Below the pieces are notes generated by a model that worked only from the letters and a program-made list of their open reading frames with translations, did not search any database and was not told the origin of the DNA. Of a DNA stretch of 62,858 nt, positions 28,983 through 37,453 are shown piece by piece. The stretch's first letter is position 1. Each line of letters opens with the position of its first letter. The stretch spans positions 1-62,858 of the forward strand of contig JAGHAQ010000093.1 of the NCBI GenBank assembly GCA_021161425.1, in the 5' to 3' direction. Origin of the DNA: Candidatus Tharpella sp. (GTDB lineage: Bacteria > Desulfobacterota > Anaeroferrophillalia > Anaeroferrophillales > Tharpellaceae). The position numbers were made by a program, and so were the translations under genes.

Positions 28983-29029
28983 AGGGGCCGCAACATTCAA
29001 ATCGAAGTTGCGGCCCCTTTTTATTTTTT
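28983..29029 (+). terminator. Strong rho-independent terminator, 270 nt downstream of pilQ (potentially bidirectional)
   Basis: GGGGCCGCAAC-12 nt-GTTGCGGCCCC followed by TTTTTATTTTTTT. An A-run precedes it, so it could also serve the convergent lipoprotein gene. Confidence 0.8.
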
Positions 29030-29051
29030 TCTACGATCTCAGTCTGCGCCC

Positions 29052-29063
29052 ATCTGCGTAATC
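29052..29063 (+). repeat. Repeat family B, third copy (TCTGCGTAATCT)
   Basis: Identical 12-mer to the reverse complement of 23030-23041. Flanking TCTACG and GTCTGCG strings are also shared with the pal-ybgF spacer copy. Confidence 0.6.
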
Positions 29064-29270
29064 TAGCAACTATTTTTCTACTTTAGTCTGTGTGGGCGGC
29101 TATCGCTTACCGACTTCACCCTCGGCAATTATCACTCTATTGGCTTCCGCTGGCAAGTCCACTACCCCAAAGTGTAGCCATATAAATGCCATCACTTAAG
29201 CAAACCGCTTGATTGGAGTAGGCCGACACTCATCTTTTTAGCATTGCCGGCTCTTCAAACAACGAAAAAT

Positions 29271-30158
29271 TTACGATTTATTATCCGCAATCGCAACCGT
29301 CAGAAGATCACCTTCGACGGTTGCGACAAAACTGCGAACCAAGCTGCCGGTCGCCCGGCGAATCGCCTTGGCGATCAGTTTGCGATACTCTTGATTAGCG
29401 TAGATGCTTTCCGGAATTACCTCAACCTCGGAACGGTTGCTCCAGACCAAGTTGCCAGTACGAGCATCTTGAACCATGAGCCGCATCTGCACAACCGCTT
29501 TCCCCGACTTTTCCAGGCCAAAGAGCATGCGTTGACTGCTGTTGAAAAAAAATGGTAGCACGCCGACATGAAAAGGATTTAAACTATCTTTGGCAACCCC
29601 ATTTTCAAATTCAATCAGACGGCCGCGGACAATATAGTCAGCAGCAAAGAAATCACCGATCTTGACAACTTCCTGACTGTCTAAAGCGATATAAGAACTA
29701 CCTTGAGTGCCTGTTTCAAGCTGTTTATCTCTTTTTTCAAGATCGCCATTCCGGGTAATAGCATACTGAAGTTCTTGGATCATGGCCGTCGACCAGTCAC
29801 CACTTTCAACTTCGGACCGCATATAGTTGTTATTAGGGGTGTCGGTAAAGAAAATTCCCGGTGCTTCAATGATCTGTTCGTTCAGGAGATAGTCAACCAC
29901 ATCCTCTTCCAGAGCCGACATTAAACCATAACGAGCAAACTCATCTTCTAACGCTTCGGTCACCAAAAGGTTACGCCGTAAGTAGAGTTCCGGACTTGAA
30001 TCCGGCGTATAGTCGGCAAAAGGCATAATCACCACTCGTTTACCGGACTGCGTAATTCTATCGGTCGGAACCGGGCTCACAGTCTCTTTTGTCACCTGCC
30101 CACAAGCAACCGTCATCAACAACATAACTACGACAAAGGCAACGTATCTTAGTCTCAT
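29271..30158 (-). CDS. Putative lipoprotein with CsgG/LpoB-like sequence features, function unknown
   Basis: The ATG at 30158 gives MRLRYVAFVVVMLLMTVAC (lipobox). The motifs KRVVIMPFADYT, ADYIVRGRLIEFE and VQMRLMVQDARTGNLVWSN resemble CsgG-family lipoproteins. That assignment is from memory only. Confidence 0.6.
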   Translation of the reverse strand: MRLRYVAFVVVMLLMTVACGQVTKETVSPVPTDRITQSGKRVVIMPFADYTPDSSPELYLRRNLLVTEALEDEFARYGLMSALEEDVVDYLLNEQIIEAPGIFFTDTPNNNYMRSEVESGDWSTAMIQELQYAITRNGDLEKRDKQLETGTQGSSYIALDSQEVVKIGDFFAADYIVRGRLIEFENGVAKDSLNPFHVGVLPFFFNSSQRMLFGLEKSGKAVVQMRLMVQDARTGNLVWSNRSEVEVIPESIYANQEYRKLIAKAIRRATGSLVRSFVATVEGDLLTVAIADNKS

Positions 30159-30401
30159 CGTCCAAGCTCCTCCCGTTAATATAGCGAATTTCCACACTTG
30201 TAATAAAATGGCTCTCATTTCTACAATTCATAACAACGAAATCCGGCAATGTCAACTAATTAGTCAATATTACAGAGAAATCACAATGCTGAACCTGTAT
30301 TTTTCAAGCTTGTAACTTAAGAATCCAACCAATACTATGAAAAACACCGGTAAGCGGCAAGAATATTCCTGCGGCCTTGATAACTCTGCAAGCCGTGTAC
30401 C

Positions 30402-30438
30402 ACAAACAAAAAAGGGCTTCCGTGATTTGGAAACCCTT
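30402..30438 (-). terminator. Rho-independent terminator after secG
   Basis: Minus strand: AAGGGTTTCC-aaatcac-GGAAGCCCTT followed by TTTTGTTTG. It contains one G-T pair on this strand. Confidence 0.65.
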
Positions 30439-30465
30439 TTTTTTAAAATTTTATTACAAAGAAAC

Positions 30466-30831
30466 TTATTCGCTCTTCGGCGCCGACGATTGCCCCTGAT
30501 TATCGGACTCGACAGGCTTCTCCACAGGCACTTTAGTGACTGGAGTTACCGGAGCTTCAATTGGTGGCGGGGTGTACTCCTGCATAACGGTACCCTTGGC
30601 CCGATGCGCCGACATTACGGTCAATGAGATTGATGTGATCATGAAAACAGCCGCCACAATGGCAGTCAGCCGGGTAAAAAACTTACCGGAACCGGAACTC
30701 CCAAAAAGAGTTTGGCTGCCACCCCCGCCGAAGGCCGCCCCCATACCGCCAGCGCTACCGGACTGGAGCAGGATCACGACGATCAGAACGAGGCTGACAA
30801 TAACATGGACAGCGATTAAGATAGAGGTCAA
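30466..30831 (-). CDS. secG: Preprotein translocase subunit SecG
   Basis: Contains VIVSLVLIVVILLQSGSAGGMGAAFGGGGSQTLFGSSG and a second TM segment, plus a Pro-rich C-terminal tail. Confidence 0.9.
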   Translation of the reverse strand: MTSILIAVHVIVSLVLIVVILLQSGSAGGMGAAFGGGGSQTLFGSSGSGKFFTRLTAIVAAVFMITSISLTVMSAHRAKGTVMQEYTPPPIEAPVTPVTKVPVEKPVESDNQGQSSAPKSE

Positions 30832-30954
30832 AGTATTATCTCCAATTTATCTTTTTATAAAAAAATTAATACTCTCTTTAATGATGGAACCGGGCCATTT
30901 ACCAACAAGTGCCGACAAAGTCAAGCAAAAGAAGAAACCGACCTTAAAACTTAA

Positions 30955-31698
30955 TCAAACCAGGGCAATCTGCAGGAATGATTCAGGATCAAGCGAGGCG
31001 CCACCAACCAACAACCCATTTACTTCAGGCTGAGCCAGAAGTTCCGCCGCATTCTCCGGTTTGGCACTACCGCCATAAAGAATCGGCACCCTCTCCCCCC
31101 AAGGGAATTGGGCCTCTAAAAATTTACGAATATGAACATGCATGGAACGGGCATCTTCCGGGGTTGCGGTCTGCCCGGTGCCGATGGCCCAGACCGGCTC
31201 GTAAGCAACAATCAATTGACGGTTGGGAAACTCGACAAGACCACTGCGTAATTGACTGATAACAACCTCGAAAGCCTCTCCGCCCTGACGCTGATCCAGG
31301 GTTTCACCAACACAAAAGATCGGCCTCAAACCTCCACCGGCAACAGCTCTCACTTTCTGCCTCAGAAGGTCATCACGCTCACCAAATATCTGGCGGCGCT
31401 CAGAGTGACCAACCAGAACATATGCAGCCCCGGCATCCTTGAGCATAGCCACCGAAGTTTCACCGGTAAAAGCTCCGGCCTCTTGAAAAGCACAGTTCTG
31501 GGCTGCCAAAGCGATGCCGCTGCCGGCACAACGCTGGGCTAACATTGACAACAAAGTAAAGTTTGGTGCCAGCAGGAGCTGTCGTGAAAGTTCTTTCCCG
31601 GAAAGTCTGGACAGCAAGATATCGATAAATTCCGCCCCTTGGCTCAAGGTCAGATTCATCTTCCAGTTGCCGGCAATAATTTGCGGAATTACAGCCAT
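30955..31698 (-). CDS. tpiA: Triosephosphate isomerase
   Basis: Contains IAGNWKMN, VLVGHSERR, AYEPVWAIGTG and ILYGGS. The ATG at 31698 shares one base with the pgk TGA stop (TGATG). Confidence 0.95.
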   Translation of the reverse strand: MAVIPQIIAGNWKMNLTLSQGAEFIDILLSRLSGKELSRQLLLAPNFTLLSMLAQRCAGSGIALAAQNCAFQEAGAFTGETSVAMLKDAGAAYVLVGHSERRQIFGERDDLLRQKVRAVAGGGLRPIFCVGETLDQRQGGEAFEVVISQLRSGLVEFPNRQLIVAYEPVWAIGTGQTATPEDARSMHVHIRKFLEAQFPWGERVPILYGGSAKPENAAELLAQPEVNGLLVGGASLDPESFLQIALV

Positions 31699-32918
31699 CA
31701 ATTGTCCTCTATAGATTCATTACTACAATTTTCAAGCGCTTTAACTGCAGGCAGGATTTTACCCTCCATCAACTCGAGGAAGGCCCCGCCACCGGTAGAG
31801 ATATAGGATATCCGGTCAACTTCGCCGGCTTTGTGGACGGCAACATCGGTATCTCCGCCGCCGACAATCGTAAGAGCATAGGTGCTGGCAATATTATGAA
31901 CCATCCCCAGAGTACCTCGACTGAAAATCGGCACCTCAAAAACCCCCATCGGGCCATTCCAGACTATCGTCTTGGAATCCTGAATAACTTCGTTAAAGAG
32001 AGTTGCCGAAGCCGGCCCGATATCAAGCCCCATCCAATCTTTGGGAATCTCCTGAACCGGCACAACCCGGGTCTCCACATCAGGAGCTATACGAGGGGCC
32101 GCAACACAGTCAACCGGCAGATAAAAACGAATCCCCCGGGCAATCGCTTGGTCAAAGATCTCCTTGGCTTGATCGACCATATCCATCTCAACCAGAGATG
32201 TCCCGAGACCGAAACCCTGTGCCTTAAGAAAGGTAAAGGCCATCGCCCCGCCAACAATAATGCGGTCAACTGAATTGAGCAGATTTTTAATAGCGTGCAA
32301 TTTACTGGACACTTTGGATCCACCAATGATGGCCGTCAAAGGCCGAAGCGGGTTTTCCAGAGCCCGAGCAAAATAGTCGAGCTCCTCACGCATCAGAAAC
32401 CCTCCTAAACAGACAGGAATATAATTGGTTACCCCGATAACTGAGGCATGAGCACGGTGAGCGGTGGCAAATGCATTATTGACATAAATGTCGATACCGG
32501 CAGCCAGAGCTTTTGCAAACTCTGGGTCATTTTCAGTTTCACCAACATAAAAACGTAGGTTCTCAAGCATGAGAACCTTGCCGGGAGCCGCGCCTAAAAT
32601 AGCTTTCTCGACCTCCCCACCGATACAATCATCCAGAAAAACCACCTCTTTTTTCAAGAGTCGGCTCAAACGTTTGGCTACCGGTTCGAGAGAGTACTCG
32701 GCCACCACCTTACCTTTGGGACGGCCCATATGAGTCGCCAGAATAATTGTCGCTTTCTCATCGAGCAGATAATTGATGCTTTTAAGAACCCGACGGATAC
32801 GCACATCATCCGTGATATTGCCGTTACCATCCATGGGGACGTTAAAATCGACCCGCATAAGGATTTTTTTTCCCTCATAAAAGTCTTCTGGAACCTGATC
32901 AATATAACGAACGCTCAT
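31698..32918 (-). CDS. pgk: Phosphoglycerate kinase
   Basis: Contains RVDFNVPMD, a NLRF segment (LMLENLRFYVGE), GGAMAFTF and STGGGAFLE. The ATG at 32918 is preceded by AAGGGG. The ORF-track start at 32933 is TTG. Confidence 0.95.
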   Translation of the reverse strand: MSVRYIDQVPEDFYEGKKILMRVDFNVPMDGNGNITDDVRIRRVLKSINYLLDEKATIILATHMGRPKGKVVAEYSLEPVAKRLSRLLKKEVVFLDDCIGGEVEKAILGAAPGKVLMLENLRFYVGETENDPEFAKALAAGIDIYVNNAFATAHRAHASVIGVTNYIPVCLGGFLMREELDYFARALENPLRPLTAIIGGSKVSSKLHAIKNLLNSVDRIIVGGAMAFTFLKAQGFGLGTSLVEMDMVDQAKEIFDQAIARGIRFYLPVDCVAAPRIAPDVETRVVPVQEIPKDWMGLDIGPASATLFNEVIQDSKTIVWNGPMGVFEVPIFSRGTLGMVHNIASTYALTIVGGGDTDVAVHKAGEVDRISYISTGGGAFLELMEGKILPAVKALENCSNESIEDN

Positions 32919-33004
32919 TTCATTCCCCTTCAAAGGCAGTGGTCAGTAAAACCAAACCATTTTCCATTTCAGGCAATCTTTAACCGAACATTTCCTGGCA
33001 TAAA

Positions 33005-34021
33005 CTAGCTTAAGCCAACTTTTTCTGCGACATATAGGGTCAGGTCATTAAGACGACAGGCATAACCCCACTCATTATCATACCAAGCCATCACCTTGAC
33101 CATGGTACCACCAATAACATTGGTCAAAGGGGCATCGATAATCGAGGAGTTGGGATTTTTGTTGAAATCAAGTGAAACCAGAGGCTCATCGGAGACTGCA
33201 AGTATACCTTTTAGTTGACCGACGGCAGCTTGACGAAAAGCATCATTAACCGCCTCTGAAGTGGTTGCCTTTTCACTTTCAAAAACGAGGTCAACCATTG
33301 AAACATTGGGGGTCGGGACGCGCACCGCGAGACCGTCAATTTTGCCTTTCAACTCCGGCAGCACCAGGCCGACGGCCGCCGCCGCCCCGGTCGTGGTCGG
33401 AATCATCGACATCGCCGCAGCTCGGGCGCGACGCAAGTCTTTATGACGAGAATCCAGTATCTGCTGATCCCTGGTATAGGAGTGAATAGTTGTCATCATA
33501 CCTCTTATAAAACCAAAATTTTCCAGCATTACTTTAGCAGCCGGAGCCAGACAGTTGGTTGTACAAGAGGCGTTGGAGATAACATAGTCATTTTTGACAT
33601 CAAAAACACCTTCATTAACCCCAAGCACAATAGTCGCATCAGCTTTTTTTACCGGTGCCGAGACCACCACCCGTTGAACCCCCAGATCGAGAAAAACCGA
33701 GGCTGCTTCCCGATCGCGGTAGAGTCCGGAGCACTCCATGACAATATCAATTCCCAAATCTTTCCATGCAACATCTTTAGGATCACGACTAGCGATCAGC
33801 TCGATACGTTTGCCGTTCACAGTCAGAAATTTATCTCCGGCCACAATCTCCGCATCAAGACAACCTGCAACCGAATCATATTTCAAAAGATGAGCCATAG
33901 TCTTAGCATCATCAGTGGTACTGACAATCGCTTTAAAATTAAAACGATCATCATTAACCGCTGCCCGCAGACAATCCCTGCCAATCCGGCCAAAGCCGTT
34001 AAGCGCAACATTTACAGCCAT
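33005..34021 (-). CDS. gap: Glyceraldehyde-3-phosphate dehydrogenase
   Basis: Contains NGFGRIGR, SNASCTTNCLAP and WYDNEWGY. The ATG at 34021 is preceded by AGGAGG. The ORF-track extension to 34180 is not GAPDH-like. Confidence 0.95.
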   Translation of the reverse strand: MAVNVALNGFGRIGRDCLRAAVNDDRFNFKAIVSTTDDAKTMAHLLKYDSVAGCLDAEIVAGDKFLTVNGKRIELIASRDPKDVAWKDLGIDIVMECSGLYRDREAASVFLDLGVQRVVVSAPVKKADATIVLGVNEGVFDVKNDYVISNASCTTNCLAPAAKVMLENFGFIRGMMTTIHSYTRDQQILDSRHKDLRRARAAAMSMIPTTTGAAAAVGLVLPELKGKIDGLAVRVPTPNVSMVDLVFESEKATTSEAVNDAFRQAAVGQLKGILAVSDEPLVSLDFNKNPNSSIIDAPLTNVIGGTMVKVMAWYDNEWGYACRLNDLTLYVAEKVGLS

Positions 34022-34246
34022 AGTCTCCTCCTTGCAACCTGGAAGATTGTTTGAGAATGCCCTTTTCCCCAACTCTTCGTTGTTTTGAGAAAAATTGCTA
34101 TCCTCAGACAGCCCCCAACGAAACCATAATTTTAAACAATAAGCCCTGCTTATTTCATACCAAAAAACAGCCTGCAACATAAGAGTTCAGACAGTACATT
34201 CACCGGCCCAGTTAATTGCACAAAAAAGCACATTAGTCAATCAATA

Positions 34247-34279
34247 ACAAAAAAACGCCGTGGTCTAAACCACGACGTT
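34247..34279 (-). terminator. Rho-independent terminator after ccsA
   Basis: Minus strand: AACGTCGTGGT-ttag-ACCACGGCGTT followed by TTTTTTTGTT. Confidence 0.75.
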
Positions 34280-34313
34280 CAAATAATCTCCAGAGAAAAA
34301 CTTCGCCTAGCAA

Positions 34314-35159
34314 TCAGCTACCGCCATAACTATGCAAACCCGAAAGCAACAGGTTTACGCCAAGATAAGTAAAGAGAACTGCGACAAAACCTATAATTGA
34401 GAGGGTTGCGGCTTTCACTCCACGCCAGCCACGGGTGATGCGAGCATGAAGAAAAGCGGCATAGATAAACCAGGTAATCAATGACCAGGTCTCTTTCGGA
34501 TCCCAGCTCCAGTAGGTACCCCAGGCGTAATTGGCCCAAGCTGCCCCGGTTACAATACCGATGGTCAACATAGGAAAACCGATAGCAATCGCTTTGTAAG
34601 CAAGATCATCGAGAACCTGAGAGGTCGGGAAGGTGGCCAGGAGCCCTCTCGTACCTTGATGATCTTCATAACGTTTCTTTAAAATATAAGTAAAGCTCAC
34701 GCCACAGGAAACAGCAAAAGCGGCATACCCGAGAAAACAGGTCACCACATGAGATATCAGCCAGTTGCTCTGTAGAGCTGGAACCAGCGGCTGAATGGTC
34801 TCATTAACACTTGGCGAAATTGAGGCATAAGCCATGCCGAGAAAAGCAAATGGCATCACAAAAGCTCCCAAGATAGAGAGCTTATACTTATATTCGATGT
34901 AAAGGTAGAGCATGATGATAGTCCAGGAGAAGAATACCAACGACTCATAAAGATTGGACATCGGCGCATGACCAATACCAAGTTCGTAAGACTCATACCA
35001 GCGCAGACCGATAGCAACCGTCTGGGCCAAAAAACCGGCTAGCGTAATTACCGTAGCCAGACGAGCTACCAGAGGCTTCCGAAAAGCGAGATAAGCAACA
35101 TAAACCACCATTGCCGCCAGATAGACAAAGGTTACGATACTAAAAATATATGTATTCAT
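34314..35159 (-). CDS. ccsA: Cytochrome c biogenesis protein CcsA/ResC (System II haem handling)
   Basis: 281 aa, polytopic, with the WGTYWSWDPKETWSLITW tryptophan-rich haem-binding motif. Confidence 0.92.
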   Translation of the reverse strand: MNTYIFSIVTFVYLAAMVVYVAYLAFRKPLVARLATVITLAGFLAQTVAIGLRWYESYELGIGHAPMSNLYESLVFFSWTIIMLYLYIEYKYKLSILGAFVMPFAFLGMAYASISPSVNETIQPLVPALQSNWLISHVVTCFLGYAAFAVSCGVSFTYILKKRYEDHQGTRGLLATFPTSQVLDDLAYKAIAIGFPMLTIGIVTGAAWANYAWGTYWSWDPKETWSLITWFIYAAFLHARITRGWRGVKAATLSIIGFVAVLFTYLGVNLLLSGLHSYGGS

Positions 35160-35220
35160 TATAGATCCTCAAAAAGGTTTTTTAGTAACTATTCAGAACC
35201 ACCCTCAAACTATCTCGATG

Positions 35221-35296
35221 CGGGGACAGACCTTTAGTTCTGTCCCCACGCGAAGCAAGGCGAAGCAAAGTTCGCCGCTACCCGCTGTAACTTAAC
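35221..35296 (-). repeat. Dispersed intergenic repeat family A, copy 3 (inverted relative to copies 1 and 2)
   Basis: The reverse complement reads GTTAAGTTACAGCGGGTAGCGGCGAACTTTGCTTCGCCTTGCTTCGCGTGGGGACAgaactaaaggtcTGTCCCCG. Confidence 0.85.
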
Positions 35297-35328
35297 GCGT
35301 GCAAAGTTTCTTCGGTTTCTCGGATATA

Positions 35329-36729
35329 TCAATCCCATGCCTTGATTTTTTCCGCCAACGCCTTAAACTCCAACTCGAAGGAGGGTTGATTCTTATTGGC
35401 ATTGCCAACCAGAACCAGTTGCAGGCGCTTAGGCTTATCAGGATTAAGTGACAACCTCAGCCATAAACGCCGGTGCGACATAAAGAAAGCTATATAGAGA
35501 CCTAGAATCATCATAATGCAATCGATCCAGACGACCCAAACTCCAGGATCTTTATTGACCTGTAAACCAGTATAGTAACGCTGCTTTATATTTTTAAAGA
35601 CGCAGAACTCAGCGGTTTTGCGATTCTCTTCGCCGAATTTGGGAAAACGCAAAAAGACCCAAAACTGGTAGGGCTTTACCCCCTTACCCGGATCCCGTAA
35701 GACCATAACCGCCGGTCCCATCCGCCTATAGTTTTCCTCAAATTTTAAAACCTCGATCCAGCCCCAGTTTTCGGGCAGTCGCAACGGACGACCAACCTCA
35801 AGCTTCAAGGGCAACACCAGCCCGGTTTCCCGAAAATTCAGCTCGAGGTCAACGAAGCCACCATAGGCTCCATAACTGGACTGATAGAAAGTAAAACCTT
35901 GATAGGATATCGGATGGTTGACCTCAATAATTTTCTCTTTTACCGGTTTTTCACCATCAAAAATTACCAGGTCACTGGAGTACTCTTTAGGCCCGCCACT
36001 CTCATAAAATTCAACCTTAAAAGAACGGCATTCAACAGAGAAACCAAGCGCTATCGGAATCCGTTGATCGCCATAGGTATAAAAGGTGCCAACCTTCTCT
36101 CCTTCCGGGATATTGACAAAACCCTTGATTCCAAAAAGCGAGCCGATAATCCCACCGGCGAAGATAACCAGAACACTTAAGTGAACAAAATAGACCCCCA
36201 ACCGGGACCAACGACCTTTTTCAGACACATAGTGGATTTCCGGACCGTCTTCACCGACATGCTCCGACCATTGCCAACTTCCCGGCCACACGCTCTCAAG
36301 ACGAGGTGCCATAGCCGCCGGATCATCGGGCATCACATTCCAGGAACGCCGCCAGTTCAAAGGCGAAGCCTTCTCCAGGGTTCTATCCAATAATCTGGTG
36401 GGATGCGAAAAAAAACGCCAGGTTCGAGGGAAATGCTTCCAGGAGCAAGCTATCAGATTGACGGTCAAAAGCGTCAGAATCAGAACGAACCACCAGGAGT
36501 GGTACATATCAAGAAAACCGACCGCCTTCAAAGTCGTATAAGTTGACTCCTTATAGACCTTGAGATAATCATTGCGTAACATATTCTGCGGAATCACGGT
36601 TCCGATAATCGATACCAGAGCCAATGTTATCAACAGAAAGATGGTCAGCTTCAACGACGAAAAGAAAGCCGCAAACCCACTAAGCAACGAACCTTTTTTC
36701 TTCAACTCTTTTTTACCGGTCACTTTCAA
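35329..36729 (-). CDS. resB: Cytochrome c biogenesis protein ResB/Ccs1 (System II)
   Basis: 466 aa with N-terminal TM helices, a large periplasmic domain and a C-terminal TM segment (GVWVVWIDCIMMILGLYIAFF). Paired with ccsA. The start is TTG at 36729 or GTG at 36723. Confidence 0.88.
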   Translation of the reverse strand: MKVTGKKELKKKGSLLSGFAAFFSSLKLTIFLLITLALVSIIGTVIPQNMLRNDYLKVYKESTYTTLKAVGFLDMYHSWWFVLILTLLTVNLIACSWKHFPRTWRFFSHPTRLLDRTLEKASPLNWRRSWNVMPDDPAAMAPRLESVWPGSWQWSEHVGEDGPEIHYVSEKGRWSRLGVYFVHLSVLVIFAGGIIGSLFGIKGFVNIPEGEKVGTFYTYGDQRIPIALGFSVECRSFKVEFYESGGPKEYSSDLVIFDGEKPVKEKIIEVNHPISYQGFTFYQSSYGAYGGFVDLELNFRETGLVLPLKLEVGRPLRLPENWGWIEVLKFEENYRRMGPAVMVLRDPGKGVKPYQFWVFLRFPKFGEENRKTAEFCVFKNIKQRYYTGLQVNKDPGVWVVWIDCIMMILGLYIAFFMSHRRLWLRLSLNPDKPKRLQLVLVGNANKNQPSFELEFKALAEKIKAWD

Positions 36730-36837
36730 TACCCTTTTAGTATAGTTTTCGCATTTCTAACACAGCTAGATTTTTCCGTCAAGAAAAAAACAGTCTAAAA
36801 GAACTCCACAAAGGAGCCCCATTAATAAAAACCTGCC

Positions 36838-36870
36838 AATAAAAAAGGCACCCCTAATTGAGGGTGCCCT
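36838..36870 (-). terminator. Rho-independent terminator after the cytochrome c3 gene
   Basis: Minus strand: GGCACCC-tcaatta-GGGTGCC followed by TTTTTTATT. Confidence 0.7.
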
Positions 36871-36899
36871 TTTATATACATTCTTACTCTCTTGATCAA

Positions 36900-37271
36900 C
36901 TATTTTTTGTGACATCCTTTACAAGGAGTCGGTCCAGTCTTCTTGCCGTCTTTTTTCATCGCCCGATGACAGCCGCGACAGGTCTTATGGGCAGCGTTTT
37001 TGCTGTTCAACTTTTTGCCATCCTTTTTGGCAGCATGACACTCGCTACATTTCTGAGGTGCACTTTCACCTTTCCAAGTATGGTGGCAGATCTTACAATC
37101 GGGAGCCACAACCGCATGTTTAGCGTGACTAAAAGTCACTACAGGTTTTTTTTCGGCACCTTCGGCCTTAACAATCTTGAGGTCACCAGCCGGAGCCGCT
37201 GGAGCTCCAAAAGCTACCACTCCCACAGCCAGAAATACCACCATCACTACTAACGCAACAATCTTCTTCAT
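36900..37271 (-). CDS. Small periplasmic tetrahaem cytochrome c (c3/class III type)
   Basis: Signal peptide plus four CXXCH motifs (CKICH, CSECH, CRGCH, CKGCH), with extra His residues available for bis-His ligation. Lys-rich. GGAGGAG RBS. Confidence 0.9.
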   Translation of the reverse strand: MKKIVALVVMVVFLAVGVVAFGAPAAPAGDLKIVKAEGAEKKPVVTFSHAKHAVVAPDCKICHHTWKGESAPQKCSECHAAKKDGKKLNSKNAAHKTCRGCHRAMKKDGKKTGPTPCKGCHKK

Positions 37272-37364
37272 AACATCTCCTCCATCTTACTTGTTAAGTT
37301 AACCATCAGTACAACAACCCAATCTTAAGTTAGTGATAAATATTACTTGATACAACAAAGGTTG

Positions 37365-37393
37365 TGTTTACAAAATATTGAGGCTATTGTCAA
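37365..37393 (-). promoter_or_regulatory. Putative sigma70-type promoter of the cytochrome c3 gene
   Basis: Minus strand TTGACA-17 nt-TAAACA, roughly 90 nt upstream of the ATG. Pattern match only. Confidence 0.4.
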
Positions 37394-37453
37394 GCTAATA
37401 TCACTTTAAAACAGCCGGGAAACAAGGCACTTAAGTAGACCGCAAAGGTCTTT

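Noticed and set aside
30536-31033. 165-aa ORF on the plus strand spanning secG and the tpiA 3' end
   Set aside because: Antisense to two solid genes, with no family resemblance.
33443-34054. 203-aa ORF on the plus strand
   Set aside because: Antisense to gap (GAPDH). A shadow ORF.
34022-34180. N-terminal extension of the gap ORF
   Set aside because: It is not GAPDH-like. The ATG at 34021 has an AGGAGG RBS and starts with MAVNVALNGFGRIGR.
37272-37453. Cyclic-dinucleotide (GEMM-type) riboswitch upstream of the cytochrome c3 gene
   Set aside because: Such riboswitches are common upstream of cytochrome genes in Geobacter relatives. However, the leader lacks the conserved GGCAAA / CGCAAAGC-type strings and is A+T-rich. 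Rejected by eye only.
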